Source: Octopus bimaculoides
Lineage: Eukaryota
Assembly (NCBI RefSeq): GCF_001194135.2
Contig: NC_069003.1
Location: forward strand, 17,134,101-17,189,086
Direction: 5' to 3'
Length of the DNA stretch: 54,986 nucleotides
Made by a program: the position numbers and the translations under genes
Shown here: positions 12,708-25,149 of the stretch, piece by piece
Layout: each line of letters begins with the position of its first letter
Position numbering within the stretch: position 1 is the first letter of the stretch
Notes under the pieces: generated by a model
Database searches by the model: none
What the model was told of the DNA's origin: nothing
What the model saw: the letters and a program-made list of their open reading frames with translations, nothing else

Positions 12708-12879
12708 TACATTACATGAAAATGGCTCTAATCTTCTACAAAACCCTTTTCCAGACTTGTACATATGGGCGCAGATACATAGATACATGATGAAAGCCTA
12801 ACCAATGATAGCCCTAGAATATAAAAATATAGCCACACATAATAAACACAAGAACAGATATGGTGGAGCTAATTCTTAC

Positions 12880-13102
12880 CAACAACTTCCTTACAATTGC
12901 AACCGTCTTGCAGTTTCTGTTCCACTTGTAATGTAACATCAGCAGCTTGGCCACCAGACTGTTCCAAAACCTTCACCCGAGCCTGTAATCGGTCAATTTC
13001 ATCTTGCATATTAGAAATCTTCTCTTTTCTCTTCTGCTGGTCCACAAAAGATGGGTTGATGGTCATGTGTATAACTTTGGTTTTGGTTGGGTCATAGTCT
13101 CC
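12880..13102 (-). CDS. MAD1L1: Internal coding exon of mitotic spindle assembly checkpoint protein MAD1 (Mad2-interaction motif region)
   Basis: Acceptor tttactgacAG|GGA and donor G|GTAAGA; 223 nt, phase 0 to 1. Translation GDYDPTKTKVIHMTINPSFVDQQKRKEKISNMQDEIDRLQARVKVLEQ...KEVV matches human MAD1 GDYDQSRTKVLHMSLNP...KEVA as I recall it. Confidence 0.93.
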
Positions 13103-13390
13103 CTGTCAGTAAATTGAAACCCAGACAGTAACGTAGTAAGGAGAAAAGTAACCATGTAAGAATCATAAGAGGTGAATAAAAAAAAATTGGTAACATCATG
13201 TTCCATGCTGAGATGGTTGGATGATTTGACAGGACCTGATGGAACCAAGGTTTGCATAGTGCTCCATTTCCTGATTTGCTATGGTTTCTATTACTGGATA
13301 CCCTTCCTAACACCAACCGCTTTACAGTAAGTGTTAGGTGCTTTTCTTCATGCTACCAGCACCAATGAGGTCATCATGCAGCTTGCAAAA

Positions 13391-13918
13391 TTTTTTTTTC
13401 CATGAGAGTTTCGGACCCCAGTTATGAACTCATTTGCATACAGCCAATCAGAGCACAACTATCAAACTAATTTATGAGCACATAACAAGTGATGGGTAAT
13501 GAGATAAGGTCACTTGGGTAAGGAATGATCATGTTACTTTTCTCTTTTAACAATGCTTGTTCTTGTTCTTGTTTCAACCATGGCTGCCTCTGCATAGTTA
13601 TTTGTGTTTACTTTGTAAAACAGTAAGGGGAGAGGGTTGCTTGCACATCACCCTCTACCCACATTTTTCCCATCCACATCTTTACCATATGGGGCCCTAA
13701 CAAAATCCAATAATAAGTATAGATGTAAATCTATCTAATTACTTGTCTCCTTCTAAAATCAGGCATAACTTGGTGATCAGTCGACTTACAACACCGTTCT
13801 TCGTCTTTAGTTTACTTGGTAGAGTGTGTTTGTTAACATGACAAGGTCAAGGTGAGCCTGATTGGCTGTATGCAAATGAGTTCATTACTGGGGTCCAGAA
13901 CTCTTGTGGGAAAAAAAA
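13391..13918. mobile_element. ~530-bp non-autonomous element with ~60-bp TIRs
   Basis: 13391-13451 (..GGACCCCAGTTATGAACTCATTTGCATACAGCCAATCAG) is the reverse complement of 13858-13918 with few mismatches. Confidence 0.8.
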
Positions 13919-14480
13919 TTTCACTTGCAGGACTACAAACTGTGAGAGAGGTGTGGGGAAGGTAGCTTCATGCTAGGGAACAAGCGATTGAAGTATGAGA
14001 GAAGGGTGGGAGGTCAGAGCAGGCTCTTGTAGAGGATCTGCATGGTTACTCACATTGGTGCAAAAAGTCCAGTTCAACCCATGCCAGCATGGAAAAGCAG
14101 AAGTAAAAGCAATTGTGATGATGATGATGATGATGATGATGATCATCATCATATATAAGTATAATGTGCAAAGTATATATAAGTATAATGCACTTAATCC
14201 TTGCCAGTACAGAAAAACAGATGTAACAGCAACTGATCATCATCATCATCATCATATAAATGTGCAATACACTAAATTTCATTTGTAACACTTTGATCAA
14301 CTGAAGTCTTTTGTAAAAATCACACACCAAACAAATGTTTTAGTGAATGGGACCAAACTGGTAACCATACAGTTGTGCTTAGCAAACTTCTTAACCACAT
14401 GACCATACTTGCACACAGTGTTCTTACATACAGTGCGGATCAGAGACACATGTTAATGTGACAATTTCAATCATCATTTA

Positions 14481-14660
14481 AGGCGGCAACTGGCAGAAAC
14501 GTTAGCACACTGAGTTCAAATTCTGCCGAGGTTGACTTTGCCTTTCATCCTTTCGGAGTTGATAAATTAAGTACCATTTGCGTACTGGGGTCAATCTAAT
14601 TGACTGGACCCCCTCCCTCCAAATTTCAGGCCTTGTGCCTAGAGTAGAGAAGAATTTCAA
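14481..14660 (+). mobile_element. tRNA-derived SINE, second family (internally deleted head)
   Basis: AGGCGGCAACTGGCAGAAACGTTAG...GAGTTCAAATTCTGCC (A/B boxes); a fuller copy is at 31245-31432. Confidence 0.75.
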
Positions 14661-15342
14661 TCAACATCACCATTGTTTTAATGCCCACTTCTCCATGCTT
14701 GCATGAATCAGATGGGACCGGTTGAAGTGGGTTTTTTTACAGTAGATGCCCTTCATTCAACTCTCATTTGTTTCCTAGTAAACTAATATCTCTCTATGAC
14801 CAGACATGTTTCCATAGAAGACTGGAAATGAAGGACACAACTTGCAAGACAGTGACGCTTATTTACATCACATGATGTCAAGTGAAGGAGATAGTGACTT
14901 GCCAGATACTGGTGTTATACAAATGGCACCCATTACACTCTCAGAGTGGTTGGCGTTAGAAATAGCATCCAGCCATAGAAACCATACCAAATCACACTGG
15001 AGTCTGATGCAGCCCCTCGGCTTACCAGCCCTGGCCAAACCATCCACCCCATGCCAGCATGGACAACAGACGTTAAAAAATGATAATGAAACCTTCTTGC
15101 ATATACACAGACAATTATATAAAACAGGCTTCTTTCAGTTTCTATCTACAAAATTTACCTACAAAACTTTTATTGGCCTGAGGTTATAGTAAAAGACACA
15201 TGCCCAAAGTGCCAAACAGTGGGACTGATTAGATGTTTACTTTGGGAAGTAAACATCTAATCACATAGCCATGCTTGCACCCACACACACATTTGATGTT
15301 TTGCTGAGAACACTGATATAGATGCCCGACTGAATGAAGCCC

Positions 15343-15373
<31 letters not shown>

Positions 15374-15377
<4 letters not shown>

Positions 15378-15620
15378 GGGTGTCCCAAAAGTGACAGGTG
15401 GGTTTCAGTTTTTAATAACTTCCTTAACGTTACAAATATATGCATGAAATTTTGATACAATATAAAGGACATAATGGAAATTAATATGCACAAGTCAAAT
15501 TTTGAAACACCACTACATCACAAATGAAAAATGACACCGCTTAAATGGCAGCCATTTTCAGCTTCACACTTGCACCATAATACCCCTCAAGAGTTTCAGA
15601 CCCCACTTCTCTGATTTTTC
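15374..15620 (-). mobile_element. 3' end of a Tc1/mariner-superfamily element
   Basis: TA followed by a CAGGGTGTCCCAAAA terminus; no second TIR found. Confidence 0.55.
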
Positions 15621-15637
15621 TATTGATACACACACAC

Positions 15638-15674
<37 letters not shown>

Positions 15675-15799
15675 NNNNNNNNNNTATATATATATATATA
15701 TATATATATGTACATACACATATACATACATATACACACATATAAACATACGTACATAAACATATACACCTACACACACACATACATATACACAAACAG

Positions 15800-15833
<34 letters not shown>

Positions 15834-16655
15834 NNNNNNNNNNNNNNNNNNNNNNNNNNNNNNNNNNNNNNNNNNNNNNNNNNNNNNNNNNNNNNNNNNN
15901 NNNNNNNNNNNNNNNNNNNNNNNNNNNNNNNNNGCATAATATCTTCAGAGGGGAAAAAATATACCCTTGGATGTTTTATATGTATTTATGAATTCATTAT
16001 AGCAGACAGAATGATACTGTTTATGATTGTATTGTTATATGTTCAGGCGAGGGGTTTGCAGGTTGATTGGAGATGAGATGGAGTAGGTATGTAGAATTAG
16101 AAAAATAAATGGATAAATTGAAGAGAGGTGATAGAGGAAATTTAAATATAAGTAAGTTTATTGTTAATAAAAGAACGGAATGTTTATTTATAAGGTATAA
16201 ATAGAGTTAAGAAAATTTGTATATATGCAAGTATGCACGCATACATATACACACATACATACATGTATCTGTACATCCATACATCCACACAGAGACACAC
16301 ACAAATATTCACACATATTCATACATCCACACATACACACATATCTGTGCATATTCGTATGCATGTATATATACACATACATGTACATATGCAAACGCAT
16401 TAATATGTATGCACTCTCACACATACGTGCATGTATATATATGCATTTACACTTTTTACCCATCATCCCTAAGAAGAAGTTAATATAGATCCATGCTGGT
16501 CAATTAATTCCAATTTGTTAATGAAATTTTAAATTATATGTTTACTCTAGCGTTTCAAGAAAAGTATATTTGCTATAAACTTTTGGTATCTGAATGTGTG
16601 TATGTAAATAACTAACATTTATGTACACATGTGTAGAAGTGTATGTAAATTTAAT

Positions 16656-16709
<54 letters not shown>

Positions 16710-16889
16710 TGCCTATACATGCACAAACACACATAGAGGCACATACCTACACCTGCACAAACACACACATGCATGTACCTATGTAGATATATATATATAC
16801 ACACACATACATATATATATGCATACATGCACATATGTATGCATATATACACATATACATATATACACGTTACCTTATGCACATACATA

Positions 16890-17225
16890 ATGGGGTTGGA
16901 CAAAATAATGGAATCACCTTAAAATTTCAAACAAATCTATTTTAATATGGAGTAGGACCACCTTTGGCAGTAATTACAGTTTTAATTCTTCAAGGTAGTT
17001 TGAATTGTTTCCAAAGGAATTTTTGTCCATTCTTTAGCTAAAACAGTCTCCAGGTCTTGTAGTAATGTTCAATAATATCGAGATCTGGGGACTGTGGTGG
17101 CCAGATAAGATGTTCAACTTTACTAGAATGTTCCTCATGCCATTCAGTAACAACTTTAGCTGTGTGAATTGGTGCATTATCATCCTGAAAGATTGCGTTT
17201 CCCTCTGGAAACAGTTCCACAGCAT
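16890..17225 (-). mobile_element. Tc1-like DD36E element, 3' fragment with right TIR
   Basis: GGGGTTGGACAAAATAATGGAATCACCT TIR as at 33230; FQDDNAPIH...WPPQSPDLDIIEH. Confidence 0.88.
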
Positions 17226-20200
17226 CAGCAGGTACGTTCTCTGTTCCAGGTATATGTCGAATGTCACTCGTGAACTGGGAAATGTAGTCCAGGTGATGAA
17301 AGTGCCAGGTGATGAAAAGTGCCAGGTGATGAGGCAAGTGTTTGTCCAATTTAGATGGCCCTTGAGTTGATGTTGAAAATGACGAACCGACAGATAGATC
17401 GCTAAGAGTTCACAATCAAATATACTGTAATGAAGTTCAGCTGGCTTTAATTGACAAGAAAAAAATGCCAAAGGTCAAGTCTGATTATCGATGATATGTT
17501 GTAAAACAGCACCAACTGCAGAATCTGATGCATCAACTTGCTTTCAATAGTTGAGTCAAGGGAAGTGACTTGTCTGCACATTTAGGTATGAATCTCTTGT
17601 AGAAGTTGACAATTCCTAAGAAGTGATACAGTTGGCATAAAGAAGTGGGAGGTAAGATGCATTGAATTACATCGACTTTGGAGGAGAGAGCTCGGATACC
17701 ATTAGAGTCGATATAATGACCTAGGAATTCCAGAGAGGTCTGTCCGAAAACACACTTATCGGGGTTAATTTTCACATTATAGGTGCAAAGACGCTGAAAA
17801 AGTTGAGGTAAGTGTTGGAGGTGATTTTCACACATGTCTCTAGCTATGAGCAAATCATCAACGTAAGCGAATACACAGTCAAGTCCACAGACAACTTTGT
17901 CAATAAACCTCTGGAATGTGCTCATTGTGTTCCGCAAACCAAAGCTCATAAACAGGAACTCGAAACTTCCAAAAGGGGTGGTAACGGCAGTTTTTGGAAT
18001 GTTGTCAGGGTTCATCGGAATTTGATGATAAGCCTGGATGAGGTCAACCTTGGAAAAAATAGTACAACCATGCAAGTTTGAAGAAAAATCCTGGAGATTC
18101 CATATTGGATTGTGATCGGGAACAGTGATTGCATCCAGATGTCTGTAATCCCCCACCGGGCAAAAATCTGAATCCCCTTTCCATGCCAAATGTAGAGGAG
18201 ATGCCCTAGTGCTGGTGGAGGGGCGAATAAGGCCGAGTTGAAGCATATGCTCAAACTCAAATCAAGCTTTTTTGAGCCGATCAGAGGTGAGTCACTGTGG
18301 ACGCAAAAAGACAGCTGGTCCAGAAGTAGTGATATAATGGCGAGTTAAGTGTGTGACTTTGACTGATTTGAAAGTCAGATCTACCACCTCTGGGAAAGAA
18401 GCTGAAAGGGAGTGGAACTGGTCACCAGCAGTGGTGACAAAAAATGACGGGCTGAAAACAGCTTTAGTAGTAACCTGAGCAGGTGTAAACAAAGACGTAG
18501 AATCGTCCATGAGGCTCTGTTGCCTGACATCTACTAACAAGTGAAAGTGGTTTAAGAAGTCCACGCCCAGAATGGGGTATGGTAGATCTGCTATAACAAA
18601 AACCCACCTAAAATCCCTTTGAAGGTTGAGATCTGGGTTTAATGAGACCTGACCGTAAGTTTTTATCAGGGATAGATTCACCGTGTGCAGGTTAATGGCA
18701 GATTTCTTCGGCTTGTCTGAAGTAAGACACAAAGGCCAAATAGAACAGCTGAATCCAGTGTCAACCATGAACGATTTGTTAGATGCACAATCCTTAACAA
18801 AGAATGCATGATGAGATGAAAAATTGTGGGAAGAATTTGACGTGCCCAAATCTTCCATAACTAGTTTCCCGACAGCTTGAACAAATAGTGCTGGATGCAT
18901 CGATGGGCTTTGTCTTTAAATGTGGCATGGTACCGGCAGAGATTGGAAACCGTTGGAGTAGAACTAGACAACTGTGACTTAGAACGGCTTCTACTACGAG
19001 GACAATGAGAGCTAGCATGTTCTTTCCACAGTGTGTCTATGCGATGTGTTAATGTATTAATTCTCTCCAAAATGTCATCATGTGACAAGGTAGGAGACTT
19101 TGTGGTAGTAGAGGAAGCTACTACGGGGTCCAAACAGGTATGGTGAGGTGTGGGCTCAACAGTAAACTCTATGATCTTGTCTGCCATGGTGGCTCTCTGA
19201 TTGAGTGAATTGAAGTCAGCCGTTGTGGCCAGTATCGATTGGACATTCGGTGGCAGATGAGAGAAAAACAATTTCCTAAGCAGAGGATTGTCCTCAAGTG
19301 GAGTGTCACTGAGTTCTTGCAAATGATGAAGAAACTCAGATGGTGTCCTATCTCCCAGGTGTTCATCCTGCATCAGTGTCCGGAATTTAGTCTCTGTGGA
19401 TTGTGTGTTCCGACGGAGGACCTCTGATTTGACGGCGTGTAATTTGCGTTCAGATGTGGGTCAGTGATGAGATCTTTCACTGAGCGTGCAAGAGGTGAAG
19501 GCATTCCTCAGTACAAAGGGTTTAACTGCTGTTGGTGAGGCACAGCATGAGAGGAAAAATACACATCTAATTGAGCAAACCAAAGTGTGATGTCACTAGA
19601 GTATGTGGGTAAGTTGGGAAGACTCATTTTGTACAGGGGAAAGAAAAGAAAAGGACCAAAGAACCTACAAAAGTGTTGTTGGAATAGTAATGTATGTGCA
19701 AAAAAAACATTCACTTAACAAAATTTTTGAATTTTTTTTTTTGTGTACTGTGTGCAACAATGAAAAAAAATTTTTTTTTAGTCACCAAACCTGTGTTGCA
19801 GTCCGTGAAAATAATANNNNNNNNNNNNNNNNNNNNNNNNNNNNNNNNNNNNNNNNNNNNNNNNNNNNNNNNNNNNNNNNNNNNNNNNNNNNNNNNNNNN
19901 NNNNNNNNNNNNNNNNNNNNNNNNNNNNNNNNNNNNNNNNNNNNNNNNNNNNNNNNNNNNNNNNNNNNNNNNNNNNNNNNNNNNNNNNNNNNNNNNNNNN
20001 NNNNNNNNNNNNNNNNNNNNNNNNNNNNNNNNNNNNNNNNNNNNNNNNNNNNNNNNNNNNNNNNNNNNNNNNNNNNNNNNNNNNNNNNNNNNNNNNNNNN
20101 NNNNNNNNNNNNNNNNNNNNNNNNNNNNNNNNNNNNNNNGGAGATTATATGAAAGAATACTGTGTATTTCCTTGTAAGAAGAATGCATACTTTGCAAGGT

Positions 20201-20885
20201 ACAAGTTCGAGGCGAAGAACATGAATTCTAACGGTTCACTTGAATGAGAGAAGATATTCAGACATCGGGCCATTGATTTTTAGTTGCAAACGTGAGCGAA
20301 GACTGCCATTCTGTAGTTCGGGTAAGGCATCTTCAACGATAAAACTTTCAGCTGCCAAAAATCCCTTTTTTGATCAGAGTCACCATTTTATAATGGAATG
20401 GAAGGTTTGTGATACCTGTGGAGTATCTCCTTCTCCCATTATAATTATTTTTGTAGTTTCAAGGATTGGAACACATAGAAGTTCACAAGCAGAGTACAAT
20501 TCAATAGCTGTTTATTTACAGAGTTCTCATTCATGTGGTTCACTCTCAGTGACCATCTTTATAGTAGCACATGGTTTGTCTTAACTCTGTACACGTGAAC
20601 GTCATTACCTCTGAAGATAAGCATGTGGAGTCAGAGTGGGACAAGAGTCCATTGTGAGCTGCTGGCTTTGCAGTGTTTCTTGGCACTGAGCATGAGAAGA
20701 GTGAGAAAGTGAGAGAGAGAATGTCGTTATTCTCTTGCTTAAATACTGGTTGCCGGCAAGAGTCTTGTTGTTGTCTCGTGCATGGCAAATGATTGCAGGT
20801 GAGATCTCATTCTTGTCTCGCACCTGGCAATGGATACCAGTGAGATCTTGTTCAACATGCTGCTGGTGTATTGTGCCTTGCTACA
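17226..20885 (-). mobile_element. Gypsy/Ty3 LTR retrotransposon: putative 5' LTR (~19794-20885), PBS, gag, PR, RT, RNase H; integrase and 3' LTR missing
   Basis: gag LWFAQLDVYF; protease FMVDTGFSCS; RT GDYRHLDAIT, FAYVDDLLIA, FLGIVNFY; RNase H YSIFDCELLAIY...PGTENVPADA. TGGTGAC PBS-like motif at 19781-19787 (tRNA-Trp-type); TGTAG start at 20885. LTR extent uncertain because of an N gap. Confidence 0.88.
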
Positions 20886-20970
20886 AATTTGATCAGATGA
20901 ATAAAGTTGACTATTAATTCTGCCATGAAGGGAAACCAGTGGGCCGGCGGATTTCCAAGATATGATGGCC
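20886..20970 (-). mobile_element. Tc1-like DD36E internal fragment
   Basis: ISWKSAGPLVSLHGRINSQ...SDQI matches 34012-34098 of the full-length copy. Confidence 0.8.
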
Positions 20971-23830
20971 TTCCACTTGTGACCGAGGAAGACCATTACT
21001 GACCTTCAGGAACATTGTGCGCTCTAGGACTAACTTATATTTTGCATTTGCGGCTCCATTGGTGGCTAATGAGCCTTCCTCTTGACAAGCATACATGACT
21101 GCAAACATTGAAAACCAAGCTTTCCCCATTCACTACACCAGCAGTGTGCCTTCAAGTAGCACACTTAAGTTCTTCACGCAGAATATGTGCTCTCTCAAAA
21201 GTGTCGACCTCCTCATTAACCTGCTTCCTCCATCTGTGGAGGAAGCAGGCATTACTCTTCCAGTCAATCTCCTACATATCATAGGCCTTTAATGAGGACT
21301 TGACACAGTCCTTAAATCGCAACCTTGGTTTCTACCAGGGTCTCTTTCCATTCACAAGTCCCCTATATAGCATCTGCTTAGGGATCCTGCTATCCTTCAT
21401 TCTAATAAGGTGTCCAGTCCAACGTAACACGGTGCTTGTGCATCATCACCTCAATACTCAAGATATCAGCTGTCCTTAGCTGATGTCTTGAGATTTTTGT
21501 GTCTGGAGTTTTTAAGCTCCAGCCAACATTCAGAATATGTCTGAGACATCTCTGATGAAAGTGTTCAAGGACCTTTACATGACGTTTGTAAAGGGTCCAT
21601 GTCTCACATGAGTAAAGGAGCAATGTCAGTACACATGCACGGTACACAGCAATCTTTGTTTGCCTTGTGATGCCATGCTGGGACCAGACATGAGACTGAA
21701 GAGACCAGAAGGAATTAGTTGCTCTCTGCAGACTGAAGGATATTTCATCATCCAGGGAGCAAGAACAGCTGAGTGTGCTGCTCAGGTAGACAAACTTGTC
21801 TACCACTTTCAGAATTGTTCCTTCAACCAAGATAGCTGGTTCCACATATGGATTTCCAGGTGCAGGCTGGAACATTACAACAGTCTTGTTCAGGTTAATG
21901 CTGAGTCCAAATGCCTTGCAAGAAGCAGAAATATCATTCATAAGTATTTGCATGTCATCCACTGTATGAGTGACTAAGTCACAGTCATCTGCATAAAAGA
22001 GGTCATGAATAAGAGACTGAAAAACTTTTGAATTGGCAGCAAATTGGTGCAGATTAAAGAGGTGGTCAGAAGATCAATACCTGACATATATTCCCAGAGA
22101 GCTAACCTTAGAAAAAGCATGAGTAAAAGCAGCAACAAAGTACAAAGAAAAGAGAGTTGGGGCAAGGATGTCACCCTGCTTGATACCATTCTCTACAGGA
22201 ATGGGTCCCGCCATGCCACAACCAACATTGACCCAAGCCTCCATCCCATCATGAAATGATTTAATTATAGATACAAAGTGATCCAGACATCCAAGTTTGC
22301 CAAGTATTTTCCATAGCAAGGCCTTTTCACAGTATCAAAGGCCTTCGTTAAATCAATGAATACCTGGACAAGATCCATATTCTGCTCATAGCACTTCTGC
22401 ATCTGTCTTGCTGTGAAAATCATATCCATTGTCCCTCTACCAGATTGGAAGCCACATTGAGATTCAGATAGGACATCATTTATAAGCACGAGCAAGATCC
22501 TCCCACCAAGTGTTCTGCATCTTCCTGAGGGATCGCCGCAGTAATGATTTTACACTGCTATAGTGGGCAAGTGCTAGATTTCACTGCACAGCTGAAAGTC
22601 CCCCGTGCAGCAATACATTGGGCATGGCACTTTACAGCCAATAGTTTCTGTGTCTGTAGTATATCCCAGTGTTTCAGCAGCGCATTAAGGAACCTGATCT
22701 CAAAAATCTTCCCATGCTGCAGTATTTTCAATGCTGGACAAGTGAGTCTGAATCTCTTTCCTCAACACAGCGTCATATATCTTGTGGACATTCAGACGCC
22801 AAGGAACTTTACTCGCACCAGACTGTGGTCTGTCCAGCATTCCGATCCATGAAAGGACTTGACATTACAAATGACATAATCCAGCAAGTGCCAAACTTTA
22901 GACCTTGGATGCATCCACATTGTTGTGCATAAAATGAGTGCTTGCGATGTAAAGTCCCTGTTCATCGCAAAGCTCCAGCAGCATGTGGCCATTTCTATTC
23001 ATTTTCCCTACACCAAAACATCCTAGAGAGTTCCATGTTTGCCAGCCTATTCCAACCCTGGCACTGAAATCACCCAGACTTTATCAGAACAGAGGATTTT
23101 CCTAAGTATGGCTTTCAGCTGGGTATAAAAAATAGTTTTATCTTCATCACAACAAGTCAAAGTAGGTGCAGAGGCACTTATTAGAGTAGCAAACCGCCCA
23201 CCTTTCAGATACAATCGTAGAGTCATTAGATGTTCATTTATAGGAACAGGAAACTCCTCCAACTTCTTAAGGATATCAGATCGAACCGCAAAGCCAGCAC
23301 CAGCCTCTCTGCGCTCTCCCTTCTGCCTCATCTTCCAAAAAAAGGTGTATCCACCTCCTCCTTCCTCAAGCTGATCATCACCTTCTATGCAAGTCTCTGA
23401 AAGTGCAGCTATTTCAATGTTATAATGGTTCAGCTCCCGAGCAACAAGTGCAGTGCATCTTTCAGGGCTGCAATCACTTTTGTTATCCAACAGAGTGTGC
23501 ACACTCCAACATGAAATGTTCAAGTTCCATCCAGATTTTATAAATAAAAGTCTTTTTGTTTTTCGAGCACAGGGTAGACATCCATCAGTTGCGCTAAACT
23601 GACCAGATATAAAAAGATAGGCAATTTTTGGTTCACCTTTTCTAGTACCTCCCTGACCTCTGAGTGAGCAGTGCCCCCTCCAAAAGGAGCTGTCCAGACA
23701 CCCATGCAGCAACTGAACTCTACCACTGTTTTTGGCAACAAGGAGATGACTTTATATCTAGCATGGGCTGCCTACATGCAGGTTGCTGACTACATGCTTC
23801 CAACCTGTTAGGTCTGCATGCTTCACCAAC
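20971..23830 (-). mobile_element. RTE family B (BovB-like) LINE, nearly full ORF, degenerate
   Basis: APE: WSVHTLLD...PERCTALVARELNHYNIEIAALSET. RT: SQCGFQSGRGTMDMIF, VFIDLTKAFDTV, KQGDILAPTLF, FYADD. C-terminal C/H zinc-knuckle (VCSHVCLSRGRLISH) and CCATCAT tail. Confidence 0.9.
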
Positions 23831-24479
23831 TTCCCATCGCCGCAGGACTTATGAATATAAAAATATATTAAAAATAAATAAATATATAAATGTATAATAA
23901 AAATAACGATATATATATACTGAAAATAAAGTAAATATATATATTGGGAAAAAAAAGCAGCACATATCAAGTAGAGGTCAGCAATGCCTGTGCAGAGTTT
24001 TAGGTCCAAAAAGGCTTGCACGACACCTCATAGACCCTCTCCACTTTATTGACATTATCCAGAGACAAGCCTGAGCAAGATGTCTGGTACCAATGCAAGT
24101 CATAGGCTCAGGGATGTGGGATCACCATGATCTCTAGCACAAACCAAATATCCCCAAAATGTCCAATGCCATTCCCTGCATATCTGGTTTTATATCAGAG
24201 TGACTTTCGCCTAGAGACATGCTTCAACAGAAGCTGAGGGGTGCCTTACTCCCAGTGGTCTTTCAGCACGCTGGACATCATCCCGGAATTTCTGTGTATC
24301 CATGCTATACATACATACATACATACATACATACATACATACATACATACATACATACACACGCATACATATATGCATATACTCATACACTCACATACAC
24401 GATTATGCATGCTCGATTTTGTTTAAGAATAGTTTTGAAGTATTGGAAGTCCATTGCATATATATATATATATATATAT

Positions 24480-24870
24480 CATCATCATCATCATCATCAT
24501 CGTTTAACGTCTGCTTTCCATGCTAGCATGGGTTGGACGATTTGACTGAGGACTGGTGAAACCGGATGGCAACACCAGGCTCCAGTCTGATTTGGCAGAG
24601 TTTCTACAGCTGGATGCCCTTCCTAACGCCAACCACTCAGAGAGTGTAGTGGGTGCTTTTACGTGTCACCCGCACGAAAACGGCCACGCTCGAAATGGTG
24701 TCTTTTATGTGCCACCCGCACAAGCCAGTCCAGGGGCACTGGCAATGATCTCACTCGAAAATCCTACGGGAGCCAGTCAGGCGGTACTGGCAACGGCCAC
24801 GCTCAAAATGGTGCATCTCATGTGCCACCCGCACAAGAGCCAGTCCAGGGGCACTGGCAACGATCTTATA
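24480..24870 (-). mobile_element. RTE family A 3'-UTR/SINE-like tail with internal tandem subrepeats
   Basis: (CAT)n-CGTTTAACGTCTGCTTTCCATGCTAGC; matches 2200-2388 and 50020-50420. Confidence 0.8.
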
Positions 24871-25149
24871 TATATATATAATAAAGTAAAGTTGATTTAA
24901 CTATCAAATAATATAACTATACTCTATATTATAACACAGCAATAATATTTTAAAAAATATATTATATCACAATAATAACTGCTTGAACTTTTTTTTTAAT
25001 GCCTCTCATTGAAAAATTTGTATAATCCCTTTAATTCTCTAACTCCACCAATATAACTTCCTTCCTTCCAAACTTTTACTTAACTATACTACTAATAATA
25101 ATAATGACTATAACCATTACATCTAAAATCAAAATTATTTCTCTTTTGA

